Source of the DNA: Minisyncoccota bacterium
GTDB lineage: Bacteria > Patescibacteriota > Minisyncoccia > UBA6257 > 2-01-FULL-56-20
Direction of reading: 5' to 3'
Length of the DNA stretch: 64,000 bases
Assembly: GCA_041664245.1 (NCBI GenBank)
Contig: JBAYLC010000002.1
Location: forward strand, 11,593-75,592
The position numbers and the translations under genes were made by a program. Shown in pieces: positions 53,927 through 63,471 of this stretch (position 1 is the stretch's first letter; the number at the start of each line of letters is the position of its first letter). The notes beneath the pieces are model-generated. The model was not told the origin of the DNA. It saw only the letters and a program-made list of their open reading frames with translations, and ran no database searches.

Positions 53927-56875
53927 ATGGTGAAAAAATACAATTATAAAGTAACCGAGAAAAAGTGGCAGGAGCGATGGTTAAAGCAGGGGATTTATGA
54001 ACCTGGTCTAAAGAGTTTATCCGCCAAAGGACGGAAACCTTTCTATAATTTGATGATGTTTCCCTATCCGTCGGCTGAAGGGTTACACGTGGGGAATATG
54101 TACGCTTTTACCGGAAGTGATGTTTACGGGCGTTTTAAGAGGATGCAGGGGTATGATGTGTTTGAGCCGATAGGTTTGGATGGATTTGGAATTCATTCGG
54201 AAAATTACGCATTGAAAGTGGGAACACATCCGGCGAAGCAGACAAAAATTTCCGAGAAAAATTTTTATCGCCAGCTTAAAGAAATTGGAAACGGATTTGC
54301 TTGGAAGGAAAAAGTGGAGACGTATGATCCGGAATATTATAGATGGACGCAGTGGATTTTTGCCGAGATGTTTAAGCGAGGACTGGCTTATCGGAAAAAA
54401 CAGGCGGTTAATTGGTGTCCGTCTTGTAAAACAGTTTTGGCCGATGAACAAGTTATTAGCGGAAAGTGCGAGCGGTGTTCGACGGAGGTTATTAAAAAAG
54501 ATTTAGAGCAATGGTTTTTTAGGATCACAAAATACGCCGACCGATTACTAAAAGATTTAGAAAAATTAGATTGGTCTGAGCGGATTAAAATTGCCCAAAG
54601 GAATTGGATTGGAAAATCGGAAGGGGCGGAAGTTGAATTTAGAATTAAGAATAAAGAATCGGGAATAAAGGATACTGGAGTCGTAAAGGTTTTTACGACG
54701 AGGCCGGAGACGATTTTCGGAGCAACTTATTTGGCACTTTCGCCGGAGCACGATTTAGTATCAAGTACCAAGTATCAAGTATCAAATTGGAAAGAAGTTG
54801 AGGATTATATAAAAAAAGCAAAAGCGAAATCGGATGACCCTCCTTCGCATAAAGCTACGGAGGGGCAAGGGGAGAAGACCGGGGTGGAGTTGAAAGGAGT
54901 AAGGGCGATAAATCCAGCGACTAAAAAAGAAATTCCGATTTGGGTGACGGATTACGTTTTAGCTGGCTATGGGACGGGAGCGATTATGGCGGTGCCGGCG
55001 CATGATGAACGAGATTTTGAGTTCGCGACGAAATATAAATTGCCGATTTATGATGTTATTGAGCCGGTTTATATTCAAGACACGGAGCCGGGAATAGTTA
55101 AGGAGGGCTTGCCGTTTGAGCATCGGGATGCAGTTATTGTGATTGTGAAACACTGGTCAGAGGATAAATATATTGGGTTAAAGTGGAAAAAAGTGGCGTG
55201 GGGGACGTTTATTACGGGCGGTATAGAGAAAGGGCAAACTCCGGAAGAGGCGGCAAAAACAGAGATCAGAGAAGAGACGGGGTATTTGAATCCAAAATTT
55301 GTCGATGATTTCGGAATAGTGCATGGCAAGTTTTATCATGTGCCTAAAAAAGTAAATCGTTTTGCTCATTCTCACGTTGTGTATCTAGAGTTACAAGACG
55401 GTGCAAGGGAGGATATTTCTGAGAAAGAAAGAGAAATACATGACGTGCTTTGGCTAACTTTACCAGAGCTGGAAAAGTTTTTAACACCCGGTTCCCACCA
55501 TCATGCTTTGCGAATGCTGAAAAAGACTCAGAGGGCCTACGAAGAACTGGGGATTCTTAGAAATTCTGGAGATTTTGACGGGATGGACTCAGAAGAGTCG
55601 AAATGGAAAGTTACTGAATTTGTGGGTGGAAAAAGGAAAATTCAATACCGACTTAGAGATTGGTTGATTTCTAGACAAAGATACTGGGGGCCGCCGATTC
55701 CGATGATTTTTTGTGAGAAGTGCGCGGAAAATAAAAAGGGAGAGCAAAAAGAAATGCCAGGGTGGTATGCCGTGCCGGAAAAAGATTTGCCGGTGGTTTT
55801 ACCGCCGGTTAAAGATTTTCGGCCGAGGGGAAAAGGGCAATCACCGCTCGCCTCGGTAAAATTTTTTTACGAGGTGAAATGTCCAGCGTGTAAATCACTG
55901 GCGAGACGAGAGACGGATATTTCTGATAATTTTTTAGATTCGGCCTGGTATTATTTGCGCTACATAGATTCAAAAAACAAGAAAGAATTATTCAGCAAGA
56001 AGTTGGCCGAGAAGTGGCTGCCAATTAATATGTACATTGGCGGAGCGGAACACTCCGTGCTCCATCTTTTGTATGTCCGATTTTTAGCTAAAGTTTTTTA
56101 TGATTGGGGATTGGTTAGATTCGACGAACCGGCAAAAAAATTCCGGGCGCATGGACTTTTAATTCGTGACGGTAAGAAAATTTCCAAATCAAAAGGAAAT
56201 ATTATTAATCCCGATGATTTTATAAAAGAATTTGGCGCGGATGCGCTTAGGATGCATTTGATGTTTCTTGGGCCATTTGAGGACGGCGGAGATTTTAGAG
56301 ATAGCGGGATTTTGGGACTTTCCAGATTTTTGGATCGCGTTTTTAAATTAGTTGCTAGCGATAATTTTAGAAAGTCGGGAAATTTAGATTTTGAACGTAT
56401 TCTACATAAAACAATTAAAAAGGTTACGGAAGATATAGAAAATTTGCATTACAATACGGCGATTAGCGCGTTGATGATTTTGTTGAACGAGGCGGAGAAA
56501 AGTGACGGAATTTCGAAAGAACAGGCAGCTAGCTTTCTTAAATTATTGGCGCCGTTTGCACCGTATCTCTCTGAAGAATTATATCAACAATTTTTCGGTT
56601 CGAAGTTAGGTGTTAGAAGTTCGAAACGATTTGATTCAATACATCTTTCAGAATGGCCGAAATACGATTCTAATTTGATTAAGGAAAATACTTTCAATTT
56701 GGTTGTTCAAGTAAATGGGAAGACGAGAGATGCTTTTGAAGTGTCGACCAATATCAAGGAGGCAGAAGCGAAGAGTTTGGCTTTGAATAGGGAGAGGGTG
56801 CAAAAGTTTACTGAAGGGAAAGAAATCAAGAAAACTATTTTTGTAGCGGGACGGCTTATAAATCTTGTGATTTAG
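53927..56875 (+). CDS. leuS: leucyl-tRNA synthetase carrying a ~135-aa NUDIX-like insertion after the CP1 editing domain
   Basis: HVGN (HIGH motif), KISKSKGN (KMSKS), TTRPETIFG and GTGAIMAVPAHDERDFEFA (CP1 motifs), YRLRDWLISRQRYWG; insertion aa 381-541 contains AVIVIV...WGTFITGGIEKGQTPEEAAKTEIREETGY. Confidence 0.9.
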   Translation: MVKKYNYKVTEKKWQERWLKQGIYEPGLKSLSAKGRKPFYNLMMFPYPSAEGLHVGNMYAFTGSDVYGRFKRMQGYDVFEPIGLDGFGIHSENYALKVGTHPAKQTKISEKNFYRQLKEIGNGFAWKEKVETYDPEYYRWTQWIFAEMFKRGLAYRKKQAVNWCPSCKTVLADEQVISGKCERCSTEVIKKDLEQWFFRITKYADRLLKDLEKLDWSERIKIAQRNWIGKSEGAEVEFRIKNKESGIKDTGVVKVFTTRPETIFGATYLALSPEHDLVSSTKYQVSNWKEVEDYIKKAKAKSDDPPSHKATEGQGEKTGVELKGVRAINPATKKEIPIWVTDYVLAGYGTGAIMAVPAHDERDFEFATKYKLPIYDVIEPVYIQDTEPGIVKEGLPFEHRDAVIVIVKHWSEDKYIGLKWKKVAWGTFITGGIEKGQTPEEAAKTEIREETGYLNPKFVDDFGIVHGKFYHVPKKVNRFAHSHVVYLELQDGAREDISEKEREIHDVLWLTLPELEKFLTPGSHHHALRMLKKTQRAYEELGILRNSGDFDGMDSEESKWKVTEFVGGKRKIQYRLRDWLISRQRYWGPPIPMIFCEKCAENKKGEQKEMPGWYAVPEKDLPVVLPPVKDFRPRGKGQSPLASVKFFYEVKCPACKSLARRETDISDNFLDSAWYYLRYIDSKNKKELFSKKLAEKWLPINMYIGGAEHSVLHLLYVRFLAKVFYDWGLVRFDEPAKKFRAHGLLIRDGKKISKSKGNIINPDDFIKEFGADALRMHLMFLGPFEDGGDFRDSGILGLSRFLDRVFKLVASDNFRKSGNLDFERILHKTIKKVTEDIENLHYNTAISALMILLNEAEKSDGISKEQAASFLKLLAPFAPYLSEELYQQFFGSKLGVRSSKRFDSIHLSEWPKYDSNLIKENTFNLVVQVNGKTRDAFEVSTNIKEAEAKSLALNRERVQKFTEGKEIKKTIFVAGRLINLVI

Positions 56876-56912
56876 TTTTGCTAATTTATCGCTATTTTTA
56901 TATCCTTAAGGA

Positions 56913-57968
56913 ATGAGTAGGGCAGTGATGAATAAAGATCATTTTATGCTTAAAGAAATTTTGGAGACTCCAATAGTGTTGGATGGTTTAGCAACCTCGG
57001 ATTTTGTTTTACCACCGACAGTTTTAAATAAACTTGTGAATGCCGAGCGGATTTTGATTTTGGGTTGCGGAACATCTTATCACGCCGGGCTTCTGGGGAA
57101 GATTTTTTTAGAAAGATTCGGGCATGTGTCGGTTATGACCATAATTGCTTCAGAGTGGAATAGTTTGCCTGATGAAAACGGTAAATTTGATTTGGCTATT
57201 TTAATTTCACAATCTGGAGAAACAGCAGAGATACTTTCGGCGTTTAAAATTTTGCGAGCGAAAAATATTTTTACGATTGCTATTACTAACGCGGAAAAAT
57301 CATCAGTGGCCCAAGAGGCAGATTTTTCGATTTATCAAAATGCTGGTTTAGAAAAAAGCGTGGCGGCCACGAAAACATTTATTTCACAAGCGGCGATTCT
57401 TTTACGATTGGCTTTGACGGTAAAAAAATCAGAGACGGCGACAAGAGAACTTAAAAAATTGTCTAATTTAACTCGACAAATTATTAAACAGGAATTACGC
57501 ATTAAGGCAATAGCGATGAAATATAAGCGTTTTGATCGATTATTTGTATTTGGCCGAGGAACGAATTTACCAATTGCTCTTGAGGGGGCACTGAAATTGA
57601 AAGAAAGCGCTCAGGTTTTTACTGAAGGATTGCCTACGGGAGAGCTTCGGCACGGACCAATGGCGATGATAGATAAAAAACTGCCTTCGATTTTTATTTT
57701 GCCGATTGATTCGGATTATAGAAAGAATTTATCAATTTTAGCAGATGTGAAAAAGAACGGGGGATCGATTATCGTAATAACGACTGAGGGGAATAAGGAT
57801 TTGGCAAAACTTGTGAAGGATGTGATTTACATACCAAAAACAGTGGAATATTTTTATCCGTTTCTTTCGGCGGTGGCGTTACAGCTGTTAGCTTATTGGA
57901 GCGGGGTTTTACGAGGTTGTAATGTCGATAAACCAAGGAATTTAACAAAGGCGGTGACAAAAGAATAA
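56913..57968 (+). CDS. double-SIS-domain sugar-phosphate isomerase (GlmS C-terminal-like / AgaS-like)
   Basis: ILGCGTSYHAG and VFGRGTNLPIALEGALKLKE SIS motifs. Confidence 0.65.
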   Translation: MSRAVMNKDHFMLKEILETPIVLDGLATSDFVLPPTVLNKLVNAERILILGCGTSYHAGLLGKIFLERFGHVSVMTIIASEWNSLPDENGKFDLAILISQSGETAEILSAFKILRAKNIFTIAITNAEKSSVAQEADFSIYQNAGLEKSVAATKTFISQAAILLRLALTVKKSETATRELKKLSNLTRQIIKQELRIKAIAMKYKRFDRLFVFGRGTNLPIALEGALKLKESAQVFTEGLPTGELRHGPMAMIDKKLPSIFILPIDSDYRKNLSILADVKKNGGSIIVITTEGNKDLAKLVKDVIYIPKTVEYFYPFLSAVALQLLAYWSGVLRGCNVDKPRNLTKAVTKE

Positions 57969-57970
57969 TT

Positions 57971-58921
57971 ATGATTAAGAAAATTTTATTAGTTTTGTTT
58001 GTGGTCTTGATTTTGTCTCTGATTGTCTATCTTTTTACCGGCGGGCTAATCAAAAAATTGGGGGGAAGTTTAAATTCAACCTCGACAACATCATTTTTCA
58101 GTTTTGGTAGTCTTTTCGGTAATAGTTCAAGTAGCCATATGAGCTACCAAGGTTACCAGGGCGGGAATCAAGTGCTCTATACGTCGACTTCGGCGGTACA
58201 GCAATATATTTCTTCATCCAGCAGCGGTTACGGAAAAAGTATTCCCGAAGGCTTTACGAAGGAGGATCTTTCGCCGAATGCCGGCAAAGTCAGAATTGGT
58301 TCGATTTCCGGCGGCTGGAGCGGCTCGTATGGCCAGATTTCTTTGATTTCGGGAATTATGGGAGATACTAAAATTGATATAACCGGATGGCAAATTAAGG
58401 GCCGGACCGGTTTGTTTTATCTGCCGAAGGCAGTTCCGTTTTATAGTCCATCTGGATTAGATGCGCCGACAGATATAATTTTAGGGAAAGGTGAGATAGT
58501 TAATATTTACTCGTCCGCCAGCGCGATCGGAATTAATTTAAGATTAAATAAGTGCTTGGGATATATTGAAAATACAAATCATTTCACGCCGACTTTGCCG
58601 AAGAGTTGCCCCCGGCCAATCGATGAAGTTTCGGGGGTTTATAATTTTTCGTCGAAATGCCAGGATTACGTTACTTCATTGGGATCTTGTTCTTTCCCGA
58701 ATATTAGCCAGTTGTGGTTGCAAAATAGTAATGAGTATGCCTGCCGGAGTTTCTTGGAGTCGATTAATTATAAAGGATGTTTTGATAAACATCGATCCGA
58801 TTCTAATTTCTTGAGCAATGAGTGGAGAGTTTGGGCAGGTTCAAAATTTCTTGATCCAAGGCACGATCGGGTTTTACTTTTTGACGCCAAAGGATTATTA
58901 GTTGATTCGGCGACGTATTAA
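57971..58921 (+). CDS. N-terminally anchored hypothetical protein with 8 Cys in its C-terminal half
   Basis: TM helix ILLVLFVVLILSLIVYLF; no family recognised. Confidence 0.5.
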   Translation: MIKKILLVLFVVLILSLIVYLFTGGLIKKLGGSLNSTSTTSFFSFGSLFGNSSSSHMSYQGYQGGNQVLYTSTSAVQQYISSSSSGYGKSIPEGFTKEDLSPNAGKVRIGSISGGWSGSYGQISLISGIMGDTKIDITGWQIKGRTGLFYLPKAVPFYSPSGLDAPTDIILGKGEIVNIYSSASAIGINLRLNKCLGYIENTNHFTPTLPKSCPRPIDEVSGVYNFSSKCQDYVTSLGSCSFPNISQLWLQNSNEYACRSFLESINYKGCFDKHRSDSNFLSNEWRVWAGSKFLDPRHDRVLLFDAKGLLVDSATY

Positions 58922-58988
58922 TTTTGATTTTAGGGATGTTTGCGGTTATACTGATTTTAGTTTTTTGATTTTTAAGAAGGGAGACTTC

Positions 58989-59240
58989 ATGGCGTTATAT
59001 CAGTGTCCGGTTTGTTCAACTCTTTATACCAGAGGTGGAAAATGCCGGAATGAATGCTGCCCAGATCACAGTAAGCCCCCTGTTCTTAAACCAACCGAGG
59101 AGAAGCATATTGAAGACGGTCGGGAGTGTCCAGTGTGTGGAGTCGTTTTTTTGGTGGGAGGAAACGGAGCGTGCTCTAATACTCAGTGTAACTTTGCTGA
59201 CCTTGTAAAGTATGCTTATGCGGACGGGGCGAGAATTTGA
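58989..59240 (+). CDS. small zinc-ribbon protein (CPVC...CPVC)
   Basis: SD aagggaga; YQCPVCSTLY...ECPVCGVVF. Confidence 0.5.
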   Translation: MALYQCPVCSTLYTRGGKCRNECCPDHSKPPVLKPTEEKHIEDGRECPVCGVVFLVGGNGACSNTQCNFADLVKYAYADGARI

Positions 59241-59255
59241 GGGTGAAAAAAAAGA

Positions 59256-59290
59256 AACGGCTCTCCGTGATAGGAGAGCCGTTTTTTGTT
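59256..59290 (+). terminator. intrinsic terminator
   Basis: perfect 11-bp stem aacggctctcc/ggagagccgtt plus TTTTTT. Confidence 0.85.
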
Positions 59291-59368
59291 TCCTTTAATT
59301 TTACTTTTGGTGTTACTTAGGGCTACAATAATTTGAGTTGTTTCTTGGTTTTGAAAGGAGTTTTTCCG

Positions 59369-59626
59369 ATGAGACTGAAAAGATTGTTGTACCAGTTGAT
59401 TGAGTTCGTAGTTGTTGCGTATTGCATATTTAACTACGAGTTTTTCCATGGTATCTTCAGGCATGGTTGGTTGAGAGATAATCAGCCGTTGTTATTTCTT
59501 TCTATTATCGGCATTCTACTTGGATGGGCGGCGCTAATTGTGCCATTTATCAAATCCTTCAAGTTTCTTTCTTCTAGTCCGATTTACCGACACATGGAAG
59601 CTGTCGAAACAGAAAGCCCCTCCTAG
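59369..59626 (+). CDS. small membrane protein (2 TM)
   Basis: SD gaaaggag; hydrophobic helices. Confidence 0.4.
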   Translation: MRLKRLLYQLIEFVVVAYCIFNYEFFHGIFRHGWLRDNQPLLFLSIIGILLGWAALIVPFIKSFKFLSSSPIYRHMEAVETESPS

Positions 59627-59640
59627 AGGGGCTTTTCTCT
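59614..59640. terminator. bidirectional intrinsic terminator
   Basis: aagcccctc-cta-gaggggctt. Confidence 0.7.
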
Positions 59641-59655
59641 TTTATTTAATATTTT

Positions 59656-60705
59656 TTATTTTCTTTCGGCTAGAGTGACTTTAACTTTCAATTCTTTTTT
59701 GCCACGAAGAATATCGAGATTGATTGTGTCGCCAACAGCTAGATTTTCAAGGAAATCTTGGATAGGATGGTCGCAGTCAATTCGTTGATTATCCAAGGTT
59801 AAAATAATATCTTTTTCTTTGATGCCGGCTTTGGCGGCCGGGCTTTGGGGAACGATGCCGTTATCTTGGGTGTTTTCGTCTACAACTAAAGCACCATAGT
59901 CAACGGGAAGTTTCATTTTATCTTTTAGTTTTTCATCGATTGTCATATAACGAACACCAAGCAGGGGACGCTTAATGTGGCCGTATTTTTTTAGATCATT
60001 TAGATCTCTTTTAGCGGCATCAATCGGAATGGCAAAGCCGATGTTTTGGGCACCGAAGACGATAGCGGCGTTAATGCCGATGGTAAAGCCGTTTAGATTA
60101 ACCAAGGGGCCGCCGGAATTGCCGTGATTGATAGCGGCGTCGGTTTGGATTAGCCCGCGCATTTCTTGAGGTGGGGATTGAGGATCGGCTTGTGCGCTGA
60201 TTGAACGAGAAAGGCCAGAGATTATTCCGCTTGAAACAGTATTTTTGAAAATTCCTAAAGCGTTGCCGATGGCGATAACGCTTTGGCCAAGGTCGAGATT
60301 ACTGGCACTGCCTAACTCTACGACTGGCAGGTTGTCGGCTTGAATTTTAATAATAGCAACATCGTTTATCGGATCACGGGTAATAATTTCGGCGGGGAAC
60401 TTTCGGTCGTCGTTTAAAATTACGGTATATTCGGCTTTGGAGTCGCTGATGACATGTTTGTTAGTAAGAATGATTCCTTTGGAATCAACGATGAATCCCG
60501 AACCGCCGCCGATTTGAACCATCCCGCGCTTATCGATTAGTTCATCGGGGATTTTAAGTTCAGGTCCATTGGGGCCGGCAGGGAGAAAAGGATAGAGGTC
60601 GGGCGGAATTTCTTTCTCAATATCTTCAAGGTGTTTCGAAATCACAATCGAGACAACCGCGGGCATTGTTTTTTTAATCGTGGAGATAATTTTTTGGTCG
60701 GACAT
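59656..60705 (-). CDS. htrA: HtrA/DegP-family serine protease with C-terminal PDZ domain
   Basis: GNSGGPL catalytic-Ser motif; His and Asp in an S1C arrangement; PDZ-like tail. Confidence 0.85.
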   Translation of the reverse strand: MSDQKIISTIKKTMPAVVSIVISKHLEDIEKEIPPDLYPFLPAGPNGPELKIPDELIDKRGMVQIGGGSGFIVDSKGIILTNKHVISDSKAEYTVILNDDRKFPAEIITRDPINDVAIIKIQADNLPVVELGSASNLDLGQSVIAIGNALGIFKNTVSSGIISGLSRSISAQADPQSPPQEMRGLIQTDAAINHGNSGGPLVNLNGFTIGINAAIVFGAQNIGFAIPIDAAKRDLNDLKKYGHIKRPLLGVRYMTIDEKLKDKMKLPVDYGALVVDENTQDNGIVPQSPAAKAGIKEKDIILTLDNQRIDCDHPIQDFLENLAVGDTINLDILRGKKELKVKVTLAERK

Positions 60706-60747
60706 TGTCTAAAGTATAACACAAAAGAAAATTAAGCCGGTGTTGAA

Positions 60748-60772
60748 AACGCAGCGCGTTTTTTTTATTTTA
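60748..60772. terminator. symmetric hairpin plus T8, usable on both strands
   Basis: aacgc-agc-gcgtt-tttttttt. Confidence 0.5.
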
Positions 60773-60773
60773 A

Positions 60774-61367
60774 TTATTTTTTCTTTTTGGCGAGCAACCA
60801 CTCTGGCGGCGAAGAAAAAGTTATTGATTCCCAATGATCAATTTCTGAATCGGTGAAATCGTAATGAGTTTGATAAATAACTTCGACGCTTCCATATAAC
60901 GCGTTCTTCCAATCTAAACAAAGGACTTTTGCGGCACCCTTTACATTTTCCTCGGTGGGACCTTCTAATTCCACAAAGGGTGGAACCCATGGCCAGGTGT
61001 CTATTGTTATTTCTACGCCATCATGGATCCACTTTTCTCTTTTTGTTTCTTGATAGGATTTTATTTGAAGACCGATAGAGGCTAAAAACTCGCACGCCTT
61101 TTCGAAATCTTCCACTATAAGGGATATTTCTTTTGTTCCATGGAGTGTGCGATCGCTTAGCTCTTTATAGCTCATTGTCGTTTTATCACCTTCGTTTCGT
61201 ACTCGAATCCAGCCGCCTATTTTTTCCAGTCGCCAATCGGGATAATCAAAATTTTTCCGCCGCATCAATATTTCGGGGTGCACCATCGTCGCGCCGATAT
61301 CTTTAAGTTTTTGGCGTAACGCATCGCAGTCAATATCGGGGAATTTGGCTTCGATTTCAGTTTCCAT
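60774..61367 (-). CDS. CYTH-domain protein (CyaB/ThTPase-like triphosphate tunnel metalloenzyme)
   Basis: N-terminal EIEAKF signature (ExExK) and beta-barrel pattern. Confidence 0.7.
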   Translation of the reverse strand: METEIEAKFPDIDCDALRQKLKDIGATMVHPEILMRRKNFDYPDWRLEKIGGWIRVRNEGDKTTMSYKELSDRTLHGTKEISLIVEDFEKACEFLASIGLQIKSYQETKREKWIHDGVEITIDTWPWVPPFVELEGPTEENVKGAAKVLCLDWKNALYGSVEVIYQTHYDFTDSEIDHWESITFSSPPEWLLAKKKK

Positions 61368-61390
61368 AATTAATCGTAAGAATTTCTAAT

Positions 61391-61478
61391 TGGCGGAGGG
61401 GGTGGGATTTGAACCCACGATCCCTTGCGGGATGCCGCATTTCAAGTGCGGTGGAATAAGCCACTATCCGACCCCTCC
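61391..61478 (-). tRNA. tRNA-Ser (anticodon UGA), CCA encoded
   Basis: cloverleaf; anticodon stem-loop ccgca-cttgaaa-tgcgg; long variable arm; T-loop ttcaaat. Confidence 0.85.
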
Positions 61479-61485
61479 ATGACGG

Positions 61486-61557
61486 TGGACCCGAGCGGGA
61501 TCGAACCGCTGATCTCCTCATTGCAAATGAGGCGTTCTACCACTGAACTACGGGCCC
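61486..61557 (-). tRNA. tRNA-Ala (anticodon UGC)
   Basis: anticodon stem-loop cctca-tttgcaa-tgagg; G3:U70 pair in the acceptor stem; T-loop ttcgatc. Confidence 0.75.
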
Positions 61558-61571
61558 GCGATAAATATCGC

Positions 61572-61645
61572 TGGTGGACCTACGGGGAGTCGAACCCCGA
61601 CCTCCTCCATGCCATGGAGGCGTTCTACCGCTATACTATAGGCCC
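61572..61645 (-). tRNA. tRNA-Ala (anticodon GGC), CCA encoded
   Basis: anticodon stem-loop cctcc-atggcat-ggagg; G3:U70; T-loop ttcgact; D-stem has one mismatch. Confidence 0.65.
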
Positions 61646-61698
61646 TTTAAAAAAATTATGACGTTGATTATACTAACAGAGCAAAATATACACAATTT

Positions 61699-61773
61699 GC
61701 CCTCGTAGTTCAATGGATAGAACAGATCCGTCCTAAGGATAAGATAGGAGTTCGATTCTCTTCGAGGGCACCA
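61699..61773 (+). tRNA. tRNA-Arg (anticodon CCU), CCA encoded
   Basis: anticodon loop gtcctaa; T-loop ttcgatt; acceptor gccctcg/cgagggc. Confidence 0.7.
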
Positions 61774-61799
61774 CTAAGCTAAATTTCAACGCTTAGTAA

Positions 61800-61884
61800 G
61801 GAGGGTTCGCATAGTGGTCTAGTGCGCCGCACTCGAAATGCGGTTGGGGGCAACCCCTCACAGGTTCAAATCCTGTACCCTCCG
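61800..61884 (+). tRNA. tRNA-Ser (anticodon CGA)
   Basis: anticodon stem-loop ccgca-ctcgaaa-tgcgg; long variable arm; T-loop ttcaaat. Confidence 0.8.
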
Positions 61885-61886
61885 CC

Positions 61887-62765
61887 TTATTCGTTAAAGA
61901 ATTTTATAAATTGTTTGAAAAATCCGGTGGGTTTGTTTTTAGCAATTCGCTTGCCAATTAATCTTTTGATTTCCGGCATTTTATTAATAGCGGCTCGATA
62001 ACCTTCGGCAACGAGTTCGTCGGTTTTTTTGAAGTCTGAGGGGCTGAAGTTTTCTAAATTTGGCTCAATGAGGACGTTAGCTTTTTCTAGGCTGGGATTG
62101 TTTTGATTTCTTATTAAGATATCGGTTGAGATTGAAACTACATCGAGAAGATTTATCATTTTATTTTTTGAAGGCCAACGAACAACGTTAACGCCGATTA
62201 TAATGTTGGCTCCCATCTCTTGAAGTGGAGAGATAGGCAAGTTTTCGATAAATCCGCCATCAATTAGTTTAGCGCCGTTAATTTCCACGGGAATAAAAAT
62301 TCCAGGAAGGCAACTGCTGGCTCTTATGGCGTCCACGAGGTGGCCGCGGCGAAGGACTACTTTTTTTCCGGTTTCAATATTAGTGGCCATAATTGCAAGC
62401 GGGGTTCGGGCATCTTCGATATCGACGGAGCCGATAATTTCCTGAATCAATTTCTCAAGATTTTTATTGGAAACTAGACCAAGTTTGGAGTTAGGAAGAC
62501 TAGATAGGGTATACCAAGATAAATTTTTTGATTTTTCAATCATTTGGTTGGGCGGAACGCCGAAAGCAAAACTGGCGGCCACAATGGCGCCGGCGCTGGT
62601 GCCAGAAATAAAATCAATTGGAATGCTGTTTTCGATGAAGGCTTTAAGAACGCCGATGTGGGCGATTCCGCGAGCGGAGCCGCCACCCAAGGCAAGACCG
62701 ATGAGCGGGTATTTTTTTGATTTCTTTTTTCGAACAGAGAAGCTAGTTTTGGACATATATCTCAT
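61887..62765 (-). CDS. patatin-like phospholipase
   Basis: GGGSARG oxyanion motif; GTSAGA (GxSxG); DGG catalytic Asp. Confidence 0.8.
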   Translation of the reverse strand: MRYMSKTSFSVRKKKSKKYPLIGLALGGGSARGIAHIGVLKAFIENSIPIDFISGTSAGAIVAASFAFGVPPNQMIEKSKNLSWYTLSSLPNSKLGLVSNKNLEKLIQEIIGSVDIEDARTPLAIMATNIETGKKVVLRRGHLVDAIRASSCLPGIFIPVEINGAKLIDGGFIENLPISPLQEMGANIIIGVNVVRWPSKNKMINLLDVVSISTDILIRNQNNPSLEKANVLIEPNLENFSPSDFKKTDELVAEGYRAAINKMPEIKRLIGKRIAKNKPTGFFKQFIKFFNE

Positions 62766-62838
62766 CTATTATAGCATTTTTTTTAGCGGTATTTTAGCCG
62801 ATTCGGTAATTTAATATTGTGTTATAATTGTTTTAACT

Positions 62839-63453
62839 ATGAATTCTAGGAGGGGGTTCACTCTAATTGAATTATTGATCGTCATCGGAATTGTGGCGGT
62901 TTTGGTGACTGTTGTTGTTCTCGTTATTAATCCCGCCAATATCAGAAAGGAAGCTAGAGACGTGGTGCGGCAAACCGACCTTAAGACGTTAAGCGCGGCA
63001 ATTCAGTTTGCTACCATTGATAAGATTAATATTAACACCGGCGAAAAAAATAAAATTTATCTTTCGTTGCCGGATAATAATCCGAATTGTTCGAGCTATT
63101 CTAATCTCCCGGTTTTATCGCCAGGTTGGTCTTACGCCTGTGTCTCTCGGGATAATTTAAGGAAGATAGATGGCACCGGTTGGGTACCGGTTGATTTCCG
63201 CTCTTTGGCTTTTTCACTATTATCAGTTCTACCAATTGATCCAGCTAATGATGCCGTACAGGGGCTTTATTACAGTTATGCGGTTGGCAGTTGGGAATTT
63301 GAAACAAGATTAGAATCAACTAAATATGCTGGCGTGGCAACAGAGGATGGCGGTAAAACGCCGTTGCTCTTAGAGATTGGTTCAGATTTGAATTTGATGC
63401 CTAGTCAAATTAGTGACCGTTTGAGTCCGCCGGCTACCGGTGTTCATGATTAA
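62839..63453 (+). CDS. type IV pilin-like protein (class III signal peptide)
   Basis: RRGFTLIELLIVIGIVAVL prepilin cleavage/methylation motif. Confidence 0.75.
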   Translation: MNSRRGFTLIELLIVIGIVAVLVTVVVLVINPANIRKEARDVVRQTDLKTLSAAIQFATIDKININTGEKNKIYLSLPDNNPNCSSYSNLPVLSPGWSYACVSRDNLRKIDGTGWVPVDFRSLAFSLLSVLPIDPANDAVQGLYYSYAVGSWEFETRLESTKYAGVATEDGGKTPLLLEIGSDLNLMPSQISDRLSPPATGVHD

Positions 63454-63471
63454 ATATTTATTAGCAAGTTT

